Source of the DNA: Candidatus Saccharimonadales bacterium | GTDB taxonomy: Bacteria; Patescibacteriota; Saccharimonadia; Saccharimonadales; UBA4665 | Assembly (NCBI GenBank): GCA_035702905.1 | Contig: DASSZG010000051.1 | Span: forward strand, 1 to 38,659 | DNA: 38,659 nt | Direction of reading: 5' to 3' | Shown here: piece after piece, positions 36,157 through 38,659 of the stretch | Numbering within the stretch: position 1 is the first letter of the stretch | Layout of the letters: each line of letters opens with the position of its first letter | Translations under genes and position numbers: made by a program | The notes under the pieces: model-generated | Seen by the model: only the letters and a program-made list of their open reading frames with translations | The model's database searches: none | What the model was told of the DNA's origin: nothing

Positions 36157-36407
36157 TAGTATAAATACTCTTGCCAATTAGGGCGTTTAACTGTGACCTT
36201 AATTTTTGATGACGCAGTGCTTACTATTTTAATTTTGACGGACATTTCTAACTTAACTCACCCTTTTGTTTTACGAGCCTTAAAACCAAAACCAATAATA
36301 GTTGTTGGTCAAATTTATAGCTGGTTTTATTTTTTGTCTCTCTAAGACACCCTACTAAGCGGGTTCTTAAATGATAGAGCTTATGCTAACAAATAGCATA
36401 AGACATG

Positions 36408-36995
36408 TCAAGCGATGGATACATATAACCAATTCTTGTTGCTGTAGCGCTCAACGCTAGCTAAAATTCCCGACTCTCTTTTATTGTTCCTTAGGGCTGC
36501 GCGGACTTTGGAAGAGGAAACCTTAGGCGCCCAGGCATCGAGAATAATTACTTGGAGTGGCGTCGGCTGCCATTGAGATATGGTCTCGGCCAATTTATAC
36601 TTGTCTTGCCCGACTCGTACGCCAATAACTAATTCAGCCGACTTTAGCAGACGGTCTACCTTCGGCCAGCCGATTAACTTTTCAGCTACATCTGATCCGG
36701 TTAGGAATACTAACTGCTCGCCAGCGAACAAAGTTTGGAGTTTTGGCAAAGTCCGCTCAACGCTAAAGCTAATATCGGTTAGCTCTAGAACGTTGAACTT
36801 TGGATGCGGCATAATTGCTTGTTTGATCATGGCTACCCGGTGGCCAAAATGTTCGACCTGCTTAAGCGCTGGCCGCCGCTCAGGTAGAAAATATACTTTG
36901 TCTAAATTTGCACTCTCGAGGGCTTGGAGCGCAAAAGCAATATGCCCGGAATGGATTGGATTAAAGCTACCCGAGAATATACCGATTCTAGACAT
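36408..36995 (-). CDS. nadD: Nicotinate-nucleotide adenylyltransferase
   Basis: GIFSGSFNPIHSGH (H/TxGH) motif and a C-terminal SSSKVR motif. Confidence 0.9.
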   Translation of the reverse strand: MSRIGIFSGSFNPIHSGHIAFALQALESANLDKVYFLPERRPALKQVEHFGHRVAMIKQAIMPHPKFNVLELTDISFSVERTLPKLQTLFAGEQLVFLTGSDVAEKLIGWPKVDRLLKSAELVIGVRVGQDKYKLAETISQWQPTPLQVIILDAWAPKVSSSKVRAALRNNKRESGILASVERYSNKNWLYVSIA

Positions 36996-37028
36996 AATTA
37001 ATAGCCCTTTCTTGTCTTTCTATTATAA

Positions 37029-38366
37029 CTATTTACACTCAACACTGCTGGTACAGAATTTGCATGAGGAAATAAAATTTTCTCTGCCTGGAAGTCGGGT
37101 GTTCACTGATCCGCAGTGCGGGCAATTAAACGACAGCGAACCAAATTCGTCCTCACCAGCTGAGCCATAAGCCGTAGGACAGGAGTAGGAAACAGCGGTT
37201 GCCAGCGCATAAGTTATTTCTGCTTCGGCTTGAGCTAAGTCGCCGGTAAGGAGGTGCTGGCGGGAGTTCTCGAGATGCCAAGCGGCGACTGATCCGAAAA
37301 CCCGGGCATCAATAGAATTATCGACCAAGGCATTAAAGAGTGCATACTTCTCAGAAATTTTGTTCATTAACCTTGTCGCTTCAACCGCTGAGCCAATTGA
37401 GTCAACTGCCTTAAATAGTTCAACAGCAATTAGCTTTCCCCGGAGTCCAAATTCTTTTTGTTTGTCATTACAAAGTCTAGCGTAGGAAATATAATCCTGG
37501 GCAGGTCGGGTTTCTCCAAAGAATGTTCCACCGGCAGAAGCGTCCCATAGCCTAACTACATCCACTACGCCATTAGGCAATAGGCTGTTATGGATAAGCA
37601 AGGGCGTATCGATAATTTCGGCTGGCGTTTTGCTTTTTAGGTCTATCCCGAATCTGGCATACAACCGCTTTATGGTGCTAAGGTCATGACGCTGTTGACC
37701 AGGCTCTTTAATGCCTGAAACCAGAGCCGGCTGCAAGCTTAAATGGTCACCGTTCTTACTGGTGACCTGGATAGAGCAACTCATTGTTTCAGTAAAAAAG
37801 CCAGCTTCCGGCAAATTCTCGGCTAAAGAAAATACTACAAAACTATAATCGTCTAAGTAGCCGTGTTGGTTCAAAGCCTCAATCCTAAAAGAGTTTCTAA
37901 GCTCACTTTGAGTCCTTGCTAGCATTATAGGATTATTAGCCATTAGCCGTAGACTATTAGCCTGAACCGAATCCATCAATTGATCATGCTGATAAGCCCT
38001 GCCCTCCGGCAAAACATTTACTTTTATAGGACTAAAGATGAAGCCGGTTTTAATGGAACGCTCGGTAATATCTGTTGTGGCGTTCAGCTCGACCATTCGT
38101 CGGGCCGTTTCATCCCCTCGAGCCCCTCGCTTGATGCCTTCATAGAGGTTGGCGATTGGGCGGGGAATAATGTCTTCAATTTCAACAGTAGTATTTAGTG
38201 CGATTTTAGACAGAAAATTGGCGGTCCGGATTTTAGGAGCTAGGTCTTCAGCCATTTCAGTCACTGACATAACTGCCTGGGCATGGATACCATCTTGGTA
38301 GGCATGCAACAAAAACATAGACTCAAGATCTCTGTCTGTTTGTTGTTCTAGTAGTTCAGCGCTCAC
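37029..38366 (-). CDS. Hypothetical protein (orphan, 445 aa) with a C-terminal CxxC...CxxC zinc ribbon
   Basis: Long ORF with a GTG start and AAGGG 10 nt upstream. The C-terminus reads CPHCGSVNTRLPGRENFISSCKFC, with additional Cys at aa 396 and 444. It ends 33 nt upstream of nadD. Confidence 0.65.
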   Translation of the reverse strand: MSAELLEQQTDRDLESMFLLHAYQDGIHAQAVMSVTEMAEDLAPKIRTANFLSKIALNTTVEIEDIIPRPIANLYEGIKRGARGDETARRMVELNATTDITERSIKTGFIFSPIKVNVLPEGRAYQHDQLMDSVQANSLRLMANNPIMLARTQSELRNSFRIEALNQHGYLDDYSFVVFSLAENLPEAGFFTETMSCSIQVTSKNGDHLSLQPALVSGIKEPGQQRHDLSTIKRLYARFGIDLKSKTPAEIIDTPLLIHNSLLPNGVVDVVRLWDASAGGTFFGETRPAQDYISYARLCNDKQKEFGLRGKLIAVELFKAVDSIGSAVEATRLMNKISEKYALFNALVDNSIDARVFGSVAAWHLENSRQHLLTGDLAQAEAEITYALATAVSYSCPTAYGSAGEDEFGSLSFNCPHCGSVNTRLPGRENFISSCKFCTSSVECK

Positions 38367-38659
38367 AAGTTTAACCCTTACTTCCCTGAGCTTAAGGTGA
38401 GTAAAGGCTACCCTGCAGTAATTGACTCTTGCTCGAGAGATTTTAGACTGCTGTATCGGGCTTTAACCGTTGCGGCACAGCGTGGGAATTACACCCACTT
38501 CCAGCATGTATTTTGTTAAATGTATTTAGTAGTTTAGCACTGAGGCTAGGCGCTAGATATAGTATTAATTACCGCAGAGTATCGGATTAGGCTCTAGTTG
38601 TCGAGCGTTTCTGCTTGAGAGCATTTAAGCGGGGCATGAAACTTTGGGCGGCGCCTTCC

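Noticed and set aside
36580-37170. 196-aa plus-strand ORF spanning nadD and the 3' end of the zinc-ribbon gene
   Set aside because: It is antisense to a clear NadD (H/TxGH motif) and crosses an intergenic spacer. There is no RBS, and its composition is that of a shadow ORF.
37980-38198. 72-aa plus-strand ORF inside the 445-aa gene
   Set aside because: It is antisense to the much longer continuous ORF and has no start signals.
38367-38659. Possible RNase P, tmRNA, SRP or rRNA fragment at the right edge
   Set aside because: A CTGCTTGAG string resembles an RNase P segment. However, the universal cores are all absent on both strands: GAGGAAAGUCC for RNase P, the tRNA-like ends of tmRNA, and the GGAAG...AGCA domain IV of SRP RNA. 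Two minus-strand frames stay open at the very edge, but they are too short to call.
1-38659. CRISPR arrays, IS elements, long tandem or dispersed DNA repeats, and stop-codon reassignment
   Set aside because: No regularly spaced repeats or terminal inverted repeats were seen. TGA, TAA and TAG all terminate well-supported genes (for example, murC ends in TGA within an ATGA overlap), so the standard code 11 applies.

Overview
This is a gene-dense, moderately AT-rich bacterial segment with very short or overlapping gene junctions. TGA is used as a stop codon, so the code is standard.

Most of the window is housekeeping:
- A long minus-strand run: tilS-ftsH-murJ-lepA-gmk-like-DUF427.
- A convergent purA/guaB pair.
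- murC, tsaC, a MazG-like gene, an archaeal-type aspS, nadD, a DsbA-like oxidoreductase, an ABC-2 exporter, a Dus enzyme and several small membrane proteins.

All three CAU-anticodon tRNAs lie within about 10 kb of tilS: elongator Met, initiator fMet and a probable Ile2.

The reduced layout, the archaeal-type AspRS and the many orphan proteins suggest a small-genome lineage such as Patescibacteria/CPR. That is inference only.

The accessory-looking content is:
- An AbrB-type antitoxin/Doc toxin pair abutting the Ile2-like tRNA.
- Six acidic orphan proteins with no recognisable family.
- A 445-aa orphan with a C-terminal zinc ribbon, encoded upstream of nadD.

I found no CRISPR array, transposase, integrase or long DNA repeat.

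I cannot name a validated novel system. The strongest non-obvious signals I can read directly are:
1. A recurrent promoter pattern, TGnTAnnnT placed 7-9 nt before ATG with no Shine-Dalgarno, which implies widespread leaderless mRNAs.
2. An unannotated transcription unit upstream of guaB with a consensus promoter and an intrinsic terminator.
3. A long hairpin at the left edge that sequesters a ribosome-binding site and start codon.
4. Two operons that embed orphan genes: ABC-2 exporter/306-aa orphan/Dus, and 445-aa zinc-ribbon orphan/nadD.

All family calls come from motif recognition by eye. No searches were run.
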